Of a DNA stretch of 64,000 bases, positions 56,866-64,000 are shown piece after piece (the stretch's first letter is position 1; each line of letters opens with the position of its first letter). The translations under genes and the position numbers were made by a program. The notes under the pieces were generated by a model. That model did no database searches, was not told the DNA's origin, and saw nothing but the letters and a program-made list of their open reading frames with translations. Origin of the DNA: Planctomycetota bacterium (lineage in GTDB: Bacteria; Planctomycetota; UBA1135; GCA-002686595); contig JBLFWN010000006.1 of NCBI GenBank assembly GCA_047611405.1, positions 35,610 to 99,609 of the forward strand, written 5' to 3'.

Positions 56866-57119
56866 AATAGGGCAGCCAAGAATGACCTAACAAGGCCGAA
56901 GCTGGAAGTCGCAGGCTCGCGAATCTATGCACGTTGCCTATACCCGAATCGGCCGGAGAAAACCGAACTGCGACGCGGTCACCTCTACCGCACGCTCAAG
57001 CGCCCCCCCCCTCTTGCAACTCAGCCCAGAGACAGATGGCCCGCCTCGCCAGCCACGGATCATGGATCACGCGTCCGGCGAAACGGGCCACTCAATCTCA
57101 AGTCGATCTGTATTACAGA

Positions 57120-58433
57120 TCAGGGCGTCATGATGATTTCGTAGCCGTCCGAAAAGTTGAATGCGGCACCGCCGCCGGCCGGATCACGATACCAGCACTG
57201 GAAGTTCGTGCTGCCCAAGCTGAATTGCACCTGCGGTAGACTGAAGTCGATCGTGTAGTCGAAGGAGCCGCCTGCTCCAAGGACAGGAGGGAACATGACC
57301 GTCAAACCGCCGACGCAGCGAGTTCCGTTGCCAAAAACGATCGAGAGCTGGTTCGGACCGTAGTAGAAGATCGCGGGTTGATCCGGCGCATTGTCAGCGC
57401 TCAGAGTTATGTCCTGGGCTGCGATGCTGGAGGTTCCGCTTCCCGAGATCGTGGACCCAGCTGCAGCAACCGAGTTCGCTTCTGAGGTGCAGTAATTGTT
57501 GCCAAGGGTCGGCGGCGGAGCGATCGTGATCTCGAAGCCGCCCGCCGAAGTCGTTGCTCCGGGGAAGGTCCCCATCTGTAGCGTGTACGTACTGCCGTCC
57601 ACGACGGAGAATGAGATCTCGGGCAACAAGCCGCAGGTGTCATCATTGCAGGCCAGCGAGGTGCCATCGGCCGGACAAGCGACATTCGGCCACGCAGCCA
57701 ACTTCGGATCTCCAGTTCCCAAGTTGCAGGTCGTCACCACTGCCATCCCGGTTGCATCCGCCGTCCAGCTAAACCAGGTATCTGAATCGACCACACTCGA
57801 ACCAAACTTGTAGCACAGACTTTCGTTCTGCCCCTCGACGCCCGTCGTCGCCGCGTTCGTGTTGTAGTTGTACGAACCCTGCCCAGCAATAATGGTCGGA
57901 CTCGCACAGTTGTCGTTGGCCGGCGGAGCACCGGGAGCGCTGATATCGAAAGTACCTGCACTCGTGGCACCACCCGGGAAGGTTCCAATCTGCAGCATGT
58001 AGCTCGTGCCGCTGGTGACTGCGAATGTGATCTCGGACAAGAGTCCACAGGTGTCGTCGTTGCAGTCCAGAGACGTGCCATCCAGCGGACATCCACCCGA
58101 GGGGTAGGCGGCAATCTTTGTGTCACCACCTCCGCCGTTGCACATCGTCATGAGCACAGTTCCGGTGAAGTCGGATGTCCAGTCGAACCAGACATCGCTG
58201 TCGATAGCTGAGCTGCCGAATTTGTAGCAGTTAGTCTCGTTCTGACCTTCGACACCTGTTGTCGCGGCCGTTGTGTCGTAGCTGAAATTTCCAGCACCCG
58301 CGATGGGGTCGGGCACTGCACAAGTGTCGCCGCCGCCTACGAAGGCAGCAGACAGAGCGGGAGTCCAGGCCTGGGCTGAAGTCGAGAATGAGCAAAGAGC
58401 AAGGGCGATAGTCGTGCTGCGTGCGAATTTCAT
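57120..58433 (-). CDS. secreted protein: signal peptide, two tandem Cys-rich ~135-aa repeats, shared C-terminal module
   Basis: 437 aa with signal MKFARSTTIALALCSFSTSAQA. Repeats at aa 35-166 and 172-305 share D-x-C-A-x-P, ATTGVEGQNE, CYKFGSS, DGTSL-CNDDTCGLL and GTFPG. C-terminal module: NYCTSEANS...IVFGNGTRCV...NFQCWYRDPAGGGAAFNFSDGYEIIMTP. Confidence 0.8.
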   Translation of the reverse strand: MKFARSTTIALALCSFSTSAQAWTPALSAAFVGGGDTCAVPDPIAGAGNFSYDTTAATTGVEGQNETNCYKFGSSAIDSDVWFDWTSDFTGTVLMTMCNGGGGDTKIAAYPSGGCPLDGTSLDCNDDTCGLLSEITFAVTSGTSYMLQIGTFPGGATSAGTFDISAPGAPPANDNCASPTIIAGQGSYNYNTNAATTGVEGQNESLCYKFGSSVVDSDTWFSWTADATGMAVVTTCNLGTGDPKLAAWPNVACPADGTSLACNDDTCGLLPEISFSVVDGSTYTLQMGTFPGATTSAGGFEITIAPPPTLGNNYCTSEANSVAAAGSTISGSGTSSIAAQDITLSADNAPDQPAIFYYGPNQLSIVFGNGTRCVGGLTVMFPPVLGAGGSFDYTIDFSLPQVQFSLGSTNFQCWYRDPAGGGAAFNFSDGYEIIMTP

Positions 58434-58740
58434 GGAACGTCAAGATGGGTAGTCACAAGTGCCACGATTCGCCGGAAGTGACGGTCGAGGCCAGCGCTAC
58501 TCTAAGTGCTTACCGACCCATCAACAAGGTGAGCAAGGCCTGCACGACTCGGGACACTGAAGATGGAGGCTAACGCGCGGCTCGTCGATCCCGTTTGTCG
58601 CATCCTCACGCCCCATACGGAAAGCCAATAGGGATTGGGAGCCGAGCGCACCCTTATCGATGGAAGGATTCAAGCAAGTCAAACTGCAGGCTCGGAGCCT
58701 AAGCCCAATTTTGGTGCCAACCTAAAAGCAAACGCTCTTG

Positions 58741-59640
58741 CTACTCGGTCACCGGGTAGGGCTCATCAGCAAAGGGTTGTGAGTGATAGCCCTTGGCGCC
58801 TACCGCTAGCAGCCCGTTGATAAACAGCGATTCATGGATTGGCTCCCTCGAATCGACTGACAAGGCGCCAGGTTCTACGCATAGTTGCGCGCTATTCGTA
58901 GGTTCTGGCAACGCGGACAGGCGGTTCGAGGGGGCCGAGACATGAATCGCTGTTTTTCAACGGGCTGCTCGCGCCAACTTGCTGTGGGGCTCGAGGCCCA
59001 AGCGCAGGCGTTCGAGCGGGATTGTGAAATCAAACTGCGGTCGCCAGCCGAGTTCATGCCTCGCCCGCTCGTTGACATACACGCGATCGATACCGGTATT
59101 CATCCTCCAGCCACGTTGCGAATATATCTGCTCATACGCCGGGACTCGGTGGCTCAGGACCGAGGGCGCATCGCAGCGTAGGTCCGCCAAGTAGGCCTCG
59201 GTGAATGGAGTCGTCGCGCTAATGATGTATCGGCGAAAACCTAGCGCGGGAGCTCGCTCCTTCGCCAATAGGTGCGCGCTAACGACATCCTCAAGCTCGA
59301 CGCGGCGATGAAGGAAATCGTTCGGCTTCAGATGCTGGTCTTGAAACTCTGAACGTGCGGCTCTGCTGTCGTCCTACTCCAGGAAGAGTCGCGACGTTCG
59401 TAGCACAACGCATGGAAGTTGTTCCCTGTGGTGGAACAGCTCGCACAGTTTCTCTGCTGCGAACTTGTCACTCCATAGATATCCTTCGGCATGGGCCGAC
59501 ATCTTCAGTGATCCAAGCCGCCGGCATGCCCCTTGCTCGTACAAGGGCGCGGCCGAAGACGCTCGTCGTGCTCGTGAAATCGAATGCCACAGCTCTCTAC
59601 CATGGCTCACGCAGTGACCGAATTCGATGCTCGGCTACAC
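58741..59640 (-). pseudogene. NAD-dependent epimerase/dehydratase family gene, 5'-truncated, frameshifted, nonsense-mutated and interrupted by a MITE-like insertion
   Basis: Pieces in three frames: AVAFDFTSTTSVFG..PAAWITEDVGP / MPKDIYGVT / KFAAEKLCELFHHREQLPCVVLRTSRLFLE(TAG 59374-59376)DD...HRRVELEDVVSAHLLAKERAP...DRVYVNERARHELGWRPQFDF. The Rossmann N-terminus is missing (the DUF2293 gene ends at 59643). The C-terminal 22 codons up to TAG 58741-58743 are separated from the rest by the 162-bp element. Confidence 0.65.
58808..58969. mobile_element. 162-bp palindromic MITE-like non-autonomous element with 29-bp terminal inverted repeats
   Basis: 58808-58836 AGCAGCCCGTTGATAAACAGCGATTCATG pairs with the reverse complement of 58941-58969 CATGAATCGCTGTTTTTCAACGGGCTGCT at 28/29 positions. 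A second inner inverted pair is 58841-58855 / 58922-58936. There is no internal ORF. Exact deletion of the element restores the host reading frame. Confidence 0.7.
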
Positions 59641-59642
59641 GC

Positions 59643-60362
59643 TCAGGTAGTCTCGCTCAATGCGCGCAGCAATGGACAGGTACTCGTCGGCAGCTCGCCA
59701 AGCCGATAGCGTCCGAGCAGTTCACGGGAACGCTGTGCAAGCTGGCGACGCACCTCTCGGCGTCGGCCGCGGACGCGTTCAATCTTCAGCTGATCGTAGG
59801 CCGTGGTCTGATGCCTCATCCAAGCGATGACAGCCGCCTCCGCCCTTTCGCCGACTGGGATCCGCTTGGTGCGCGCGACCGTGCCGCTTCCAACTGGAAT
59901 CGCGTGCGCGCTGACTTGCTGAGCCATGCGTAACTCAAGCTCGCCCAGCTTCGGATGAAAGTCCAGGAAGCGTCGCACCTGCGACTCGAATTCTGTCGCG
60001 TATTCACCTTGCTGCTTCTCGCGCCGTGCCCGTCCCTGATCGAGTCGTTTCTGATAGACCGGATCCGCGCGCTCCTGTAGCAAGTCCTGCTTGACGGACT
60101 CGACGAGCTCTGCCTCCGCCCAGATCCCACGTGAGAAGGTTCTCCGGCCACGCTTCTCCTGCATGAGCCAGTGCGGACCGGCCGACTTGACGCGACGCGT
60201 CAAAGCTGGATCCCCGGGTGGAACCAACACCCAATTTTTAGGCACGCACACAATCACACCGCGCTCATCCTCGACCTTGCGCTCCTGTGTTGTCGGCTTG
60301 ACTGTACTCGATTCCGGCTTCATGACAGGAGCATAGCCAGACGTGTTCGTCATGACACTCAC
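59643..60362 (-). CDS. DUF2293 domain-containing protein
   Basis: 239 aa. The C-terminal region AHAIPVGSGTVARTKRIPVGERAEAAVIAWMRHQTTAYDQL...RRREVRRQLAQRSRELL fits the DUF2293 pattern as I recall it. Confidence 0.7.
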   Translation of the reverse strand: MSVMTNTSGYAPVMKPESSTVKPTTQERKVEDERGVIVCVPKNWVLVPPGDPALTRRVKSAGPHWLMQEKRGRRTFSRGIWAEAELVESVKQDLLQERADPVYQKRLDQGRARREKQQGEYATEFESQVRRFLDFHPKLGELELRMAQQVSAHAIPVGSGTVARTKRIPVGERAEAAVIAWMRHQTTAYDQLKIERVRGRRREVRRQLAQRSRELLGRYRLGELPTSTCPLLRALSETT

Positions 60363-60431
60363 TCATGCATAGTCCGGACCGCTGAAGGTTCTCACTGAAC
60401 TCGACCCCGGGGCGAAACGCAACCCGCCGAA

Positions 60432-61382
60432 TCACTCAGCGGATGCTGTGAGCTGCGACCATTGCCCGAGCAACTCGAGGTTGACCCCGATGCCACCACA
60501 AGCAATGACTAATACTTTCTCTGCCTGCTCGAGTTGAATGGCTCCATCATAGACAAGCGACAGAGCCGCGCCGCAGGCCGGTTCGACGAGCACGCGATGG
60601 CGTCGAGCAAACTCCAGGCAGGCGCGGACCGCTGCTGCATCACTCACGACAACCGAGCGTACAGCGTGCTTCTGCGTCCAAGCGAAGGCCGCATCGGCAA
60701 CTCGCCGGGCACCCAGCGACTTGGCGATGGAGGTGATCGCAGGAATCGCCACAGCCGCGCCAGCAGCGATCGCGGCATGCAAAGAATCCGCGCCGACTGT
60801 TTCGACGGCAGCAAGCGGCACATCTGCCCAACCATTACGGTGCATGCCTTCAAGAACGCCACACATCAATCCCCCACCACCGACGCTGACTACGACGAGA
60901 TCTGGTTTGCCATGACTCTCGTCGACTTCGTCAATCATGGACGCATGTCCACGCCATAAAGTCGGGTGATCGAAAGGTGAGATATACGCGGCCCCATCTT
61001 CGAGTGCGAGCCTGCGTGCCTCGACATCCGCTTCATCCCAGACATCTCCGACGACACGGACTTCGGCTCCGAGCAGCATCAATTGCTGGCGCGTCGACTC
61101 CGGTGTCGAGGAGGGCACGAGCACCAAGACCGGAATTGACAACTCACGGCCCGCATAGGCCACCGCGTAGCCAGCATTGCCACCCGATGAGGACACGAAG
61201 CGCCGGCATCCTTGCGCGAGCAAATCCTTGCACAACATGCCAACGCCACGAATTTTGAACGAGCCTGCTGGTTGTAAGCACTCCATCTTGAACCAGATGG
61301 ATTTGCCCAGAGTTGCATCGATCCCAGGATCCTGGAAGACGGGTGTCACATGATGGAGGGTGCGCTCTTTCGTCACGCACAC
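60432..61382 (-). CDS. pyridoxal-phosphate-dependent enzyme, serine/threonine dehydratase (tryptophan-synthase-beta fold) family
   Basis: 316 aa. PLP-lysine motif CLQPAGSFKIRGVG, plus SSSGGNAGYAVAYAG and the glycine-rich loop VSVGGGGLMCG. Confidence 0.85.
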   Translation of the reverse strand: MCVTKERTLHHVTPVFQDPGIDATLGKSIWFKMECLQPAGSFKIRGVGMLCKDLLAQGCRRFVSSSGGNAGYAVAYAGRELSIPVLVLVPSSTPESTRQQLMLLGAEVRVVGDVWDEADVEARRLALEDGAAYISPFDHPTLWRGHASMIDEVDESHGKPDLVVVSVGGGGLMCGVLEGMHRNGWADVPLAAVETVGADSLHAAIAAGAAVAIPAITSIAKSLGARRVADAAFAWTQKHAVRSVVVSDAAAVRACLEFARRHRVLVEPACGAALSLVYDGAIQLEQAEKVLVIACGGIGVNLELLGQWSQLTASAE

Positions 61383-61764
61383 ATCGTAGCTCGCGTCGCG
61401 TCCGCAGTCTGCTCTTCATCGATGTCGGGCGCGAGAGCAGGGCAAATAGATGCCAGACCATTCGGAACCTGCAGCCGAGCGCGCGGGCGGTCCGAGCTGC
61501 CCAACCGTCTGCGCTGGCCCAGCCAAGTCTTGACCTACGGATCCGCAACGGACCTCGGAACCAGACCCCATGGCGCGGGTTGAGCTCGCATGCGCTCACC
61601 AATCCGACTTCACACCACTATTCTCTACACTCTCGCATGGGTGCTATTCCTCGGCCGCGTGTTCCAGGAACCGCATGCAGCACCCGCTGCCCCCAAGCCG
61701 GAACGGCTCATCACTAAGGCTGTCGAAGCTGAAACGCGACACGCTCGATTGAATCTCTATCGCG

Positions 61765-62634
61765 GTGCAATTGGTAAGCGAAGTAACGATTTCGCGTCAA
61801 TCGATAGGCCCGCTGCGAGTGGAGTCAGCACACCCTGACGCCTTCTCCGAGAATTCGGAATCAGAGGGCGCGCCCTGGCGCTCTCAACGATTAGAACCCT
61901 CAATCAATCTATTCAGGCCGCTTCAGGAACCAAAGGCTCGGGGCGCGACGAAGTCTCTGAGTACAGCCGTGGACGTTGCCGACATCAACTCCATGGTGAC
62001 TGTCGACGCCATGAACTTCCTTCTCGATCGTCGTCGAGCGGATGATGCTGTCTCCATTCCGACTCCCTGTCTGACATCACGCAGGCATGCTGCTGATTCT
62101 CGCCAGCTTGACACAAGGTCCCAGGTACTCCTGCCGTTCCGGCACAAGCCTGGTACCAATTCAGAGCAATCGTTGGAGAGCGTAGCGCGCGTTGCGGAAT
62201 TAGAAAAACGCAGCGCAGTACTGGAAGCCCAGCTAAGCCAGCGTCGTATTCCTGCAACGCCGACATCAGAGGAAAAATCTGAAGCCGAAGAGTTGCGTGC
62301 TCACATAGGTGGCAGAGGATCGCGAGACTCGTGTCGTCGACCAGCAGAAGCAGAAAGCGAGAAGCACCAGCGGAAGATCGAAACCAATGATCGCCAGATG
62401 GCGCATAACTTTGCCCTCGAACATGACCTGAGTGAAGCCGACTAAGAGACGGTAGCGCTGCTCTTCATCGAGATCGAAAGCCTGCGTGACCAAGTCGAGC
62501 GCGAACTGGAACAGAGAGCTGACGAACCTGAAGAATTCGAATATCTCTGGGCAGACTTCGATGATTGGGCCAATCGCCGTTCCCGAGACAGGCTCGGCCC
62601 AGCGTTCCTCGAGGATTTTTTGGGTGACGACTGA
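61765..62634 (+). pseudogene. hypothetical coiled-coil/acidic protein ORF interrupted by one in-frame TAA (weak call)
   Basis: ORF 61765-62445 ends at TAA 62443-62445. The same frame stays open to TGA 62632-62634 (ETVALLFIEIESLRDQVERELEQRADEPEEFEYLWADFDDWANRRSRDRLGPAFLEDFLGDD). Third-position GC (about 50-60%) is lower than in the surrounding genes. No family recognised. Confidence 0.3.
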
Positions 62635-62654
62635 GCCCCTATTGGGTCGCGGAC

Positions 62655-62691
62655 AAATTTAGAAAACGCCTACCTGCACGATGCCAGGTAG
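62655..62691 (-). terminator. possible intrinsic terminator for minus-strand transcription
   Basis: The minus strand reads CTACCTG-GCATCGTG-CAGGTAG (7-bp stem), followed by GCGTTTTCTAAATTT. It lies about 117 nt downstream of the 62809 stop. Confidence 0.45.
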
Positions 62692-62808
62692 CATCACCGG
62701 CCTTGGCAGGTCGAGTCTTAGGCGTGCTTCTTGTTCGAAGAAGAGCGGCGCCGGCCGTATATGAAGGCTTCATAGAACTTGAGGAGCCTAAGCAATCGTG
62801 AGAAGAAG

Positions 62809-63096
62809 CTACCGGCCCCACCACCACTTGGGAGCTTTGCGTTTACCACGGCCGTAAAACTCGTCCAGGAAACCTTCGCGGCGACCTTCAGACTCGAGAC
62901 GCTCAGCTAAATGATCGGCGAAATGCCAACCTGCATTGCGAAGCGCGAAGTCTCGCTGCTCATAGCCATCGACATGACGCCATTCTTTGAGTGGACGTCG
63001 TTTGGCGTGCTCTGGCTTAGTTTGCGCGGCGATGAATGTGAGCGGTCCGTTGGAAACGAGCGGTTCGGATGATGCCTGTCGTCGAGTGCGGATCAC
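62809..63096 (-). CDS. small hypothetical basic protein (weak call)
   Basis: 95-aa ORF: ...KEWRHVDGYEQRDFALRNAGWHFADHLAERLESEGRREGFLDEFYGRGKRKAPKWWWGR. Third-position GC is lower than in the core genes. A terminator-like hairpin lies downstream. No family recognised. Confidence 0.35.
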   Translation of the reverse strand: MIRTRRQASSEPLVSNGPLTFIAAQTKPEHAKRRPLKEWRHVDGYEQRDFALRNAGWHFADHLAERLESEGRREGFLDEFYGRGKRKAPKWWWGR

Positions 63097-63303
63097 GGCG
63101 CATTAGGACCCGAGTGGTTTGACATCACTGGTGGGCTAAGTGGCGTTATTCAAGGCGGAAGGGTGAGTGGGGTGCGTGTTTGTGCCAGTAGGACTTGTGG
63201 CGAAGCGGTGTTTGGCGAGCGCGCGCCCTTCCTACTTCGATCCTGAACCAAAGCGCCATCTCAACCCCACCGCCAACGGCAACGCGCTGAACCACGCCCC
63301 CCC

Positions 63304-64000
63304 CTAGACACCCTCAGTCAACGGCCACTCCCGCCGGTGAATCACCCAAGCCGACACCGACAGCGCCACAACTGAAATTACCCCCAAAGCCATCAACGCC
63401 GACGGCACATCCGCGCCCGCAACGAAGGGAGCCACCTCACGGTCAAACTCCTCCTGGATCTCGGCCGGCAACGGTAAATCCGCCAAGTGCCACCCCATCG
63501 ACCGCAAGTAGTAACTAGCCGTGAGCTCATTCACCACCGCCGGCACCGCCGACAAGAAACCCTCGACCACGACCGCATAGATTAAGCCAATCGGAATCGC
63601 GCGCCGCGGCACAAACAACCCCAACAGGCAAAACAACGCCGTGTACGTGAAGCAAGCGCAAGTGATCGTCGTCGCCAGCGTGAACCAGACCTTGACGCCA
63701 ATCGGCATACCACACAGCACAAAGGCAACGCTCATGCTCGCGGTCGTGGCAACCGCGAGTGATGCAGCCGTCGCCACATACTTGCCAAGCAAGACCTTCC
63801 AACGTGGCATCGCACGCGTGAATAAATACGTCAGCGTCTTGTCCTCGATCTCGCCGGCGAGCAACGAAGCGCCGTACAAGAGCGAAGCCAAGATACACAG
63901 GCTCTGCGGATACATGATGTAGAGGAACGCCGACATCGCGTAGCCCTCGACATCGATCGACTCATTTTCAGGGAAATCAAAGCCCGAAGCGATCAGAATT
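63304..64000 (-). CDS. ABC-2-type transporter permease, 5' end beyond window end
   Basis: ORF 63304-63936 has about 5 TM helices (LCILASLLYGASLLAGEIEDKTLTYLFTRAMPRWKVLLGKY...). I checked that the frame stays open upstream of the listed Met to base 64000 (ILIASGFDFPENESIDVEGYAMSAF...), so the gene is partial. Confidence 0.7.
   Translation of the reverse strand, partial: ILIASGFDFPENESIDVEGYAMSAFLYIMYPQSLCILASLLYGASLLAGEIEDKTLTYLFTRAMPRWKVLLGKYVATAASLAVATTASMSVAFVLCGMPIGVKVWFTLATTITCACFTYTALFCLLGLFVPRRAIPIGLIYAVVVEGFLSAVPAVVNELTASYYLRSMGWHLADLPLPAEIQEEFDREVAPFVAGADVPSALMALGVISVVALSVSAWVIHRREWPLTEGV

Noticed and set aside
57105-57121. The 17-nt palindrome GATCTGTATTACAGATC overlapping the stop codon of the 437-aa secreted protein, as a terminator or operator.
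   Set aside because: The stem is too short (6-8 bp with a minimal loop) and AT-rich, there is no U-tract, and a chance palindrome is plausible.
1-64000. CRISPR arrays, rRNA, tRNA, prophage or integron structures.
   Set aside because: Visual scanning of the ORF-poor gaps found no regularly spaced direct repeats, no rRNA-like or cloverleaf-compatible segments, and no phage structural or integrase genes other than the rve fragment. A computational scan (tRNAscan-SE, minCED, Infernal) would be needed to be definitive.

Overview
This is a GC-rich (about 60% by eye) chromosomal segment from a Gram-negative bacterium. I saw no rRNA, tRNA or CRISPR array. I count about 37 apparently intact protein genes and at least 10 disrupted ones.

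Housekeeping genes: monomeric NADP-isocitrate dehydrogenase (icd), NAD synthase (nadE), RlmN, glucose-6-P 1-epimerase, and a Ser/Thr-dehydratase-type PLP enzyme.

Operon-like units:
- Five minus-strand genes joined by 4-nt ATGA/GTGA overlaps: tandem ModA, ModB, ABC ATPase, MoaD-like, MoeB-like.
- Five plus-strand genes: a 1453-aa PQQ-propeller/LamG protein, a membrane-anchored hypothetical, an FtsX/MacB-type permease, an ABC ATPase, and a HEAT+VWA protein.
- MoxR, DUF58 and a transglutaminase-like protein.
- TonB-dependent receptor, YfiR (DUF4154) and a CHASE8 hybrid histidine kinase.

Envelope and secreted content: two DUF1080 proteins, one Cys-type sulfatase, two Thr-type sulfatase-like proteins (one fused to a GT39/ArnT-like membrane glycosyltransferase), a GT2-GT4 fusion, and a prepilin-leader/6-TM/coiled-coil/zinc-ribbon protein.

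Most notable observations:
- A 162-bp palindromic MITE-like element sits inside an epimerase pseudogene, and its exact removal restores the reading frame.
- Three secreted proteins with unrelated passenger domains share an unnamed C-terminal module.
- About one gene in five is disrupted, and many of the disruptions are in-frame nonsense codons rather than indels.
- There is an IS (rve-type) transposase fragment.

Gene content (sulfatases, DUF1080, prepilin-like leaders, giant propeller proteins) is reminiscent of PVC-type or marine polysaccharide-associated lineages. Taxonomy cannot be established from this window alone. I found no clearly novel multi-gene system; the candidates are listed with modest scores.
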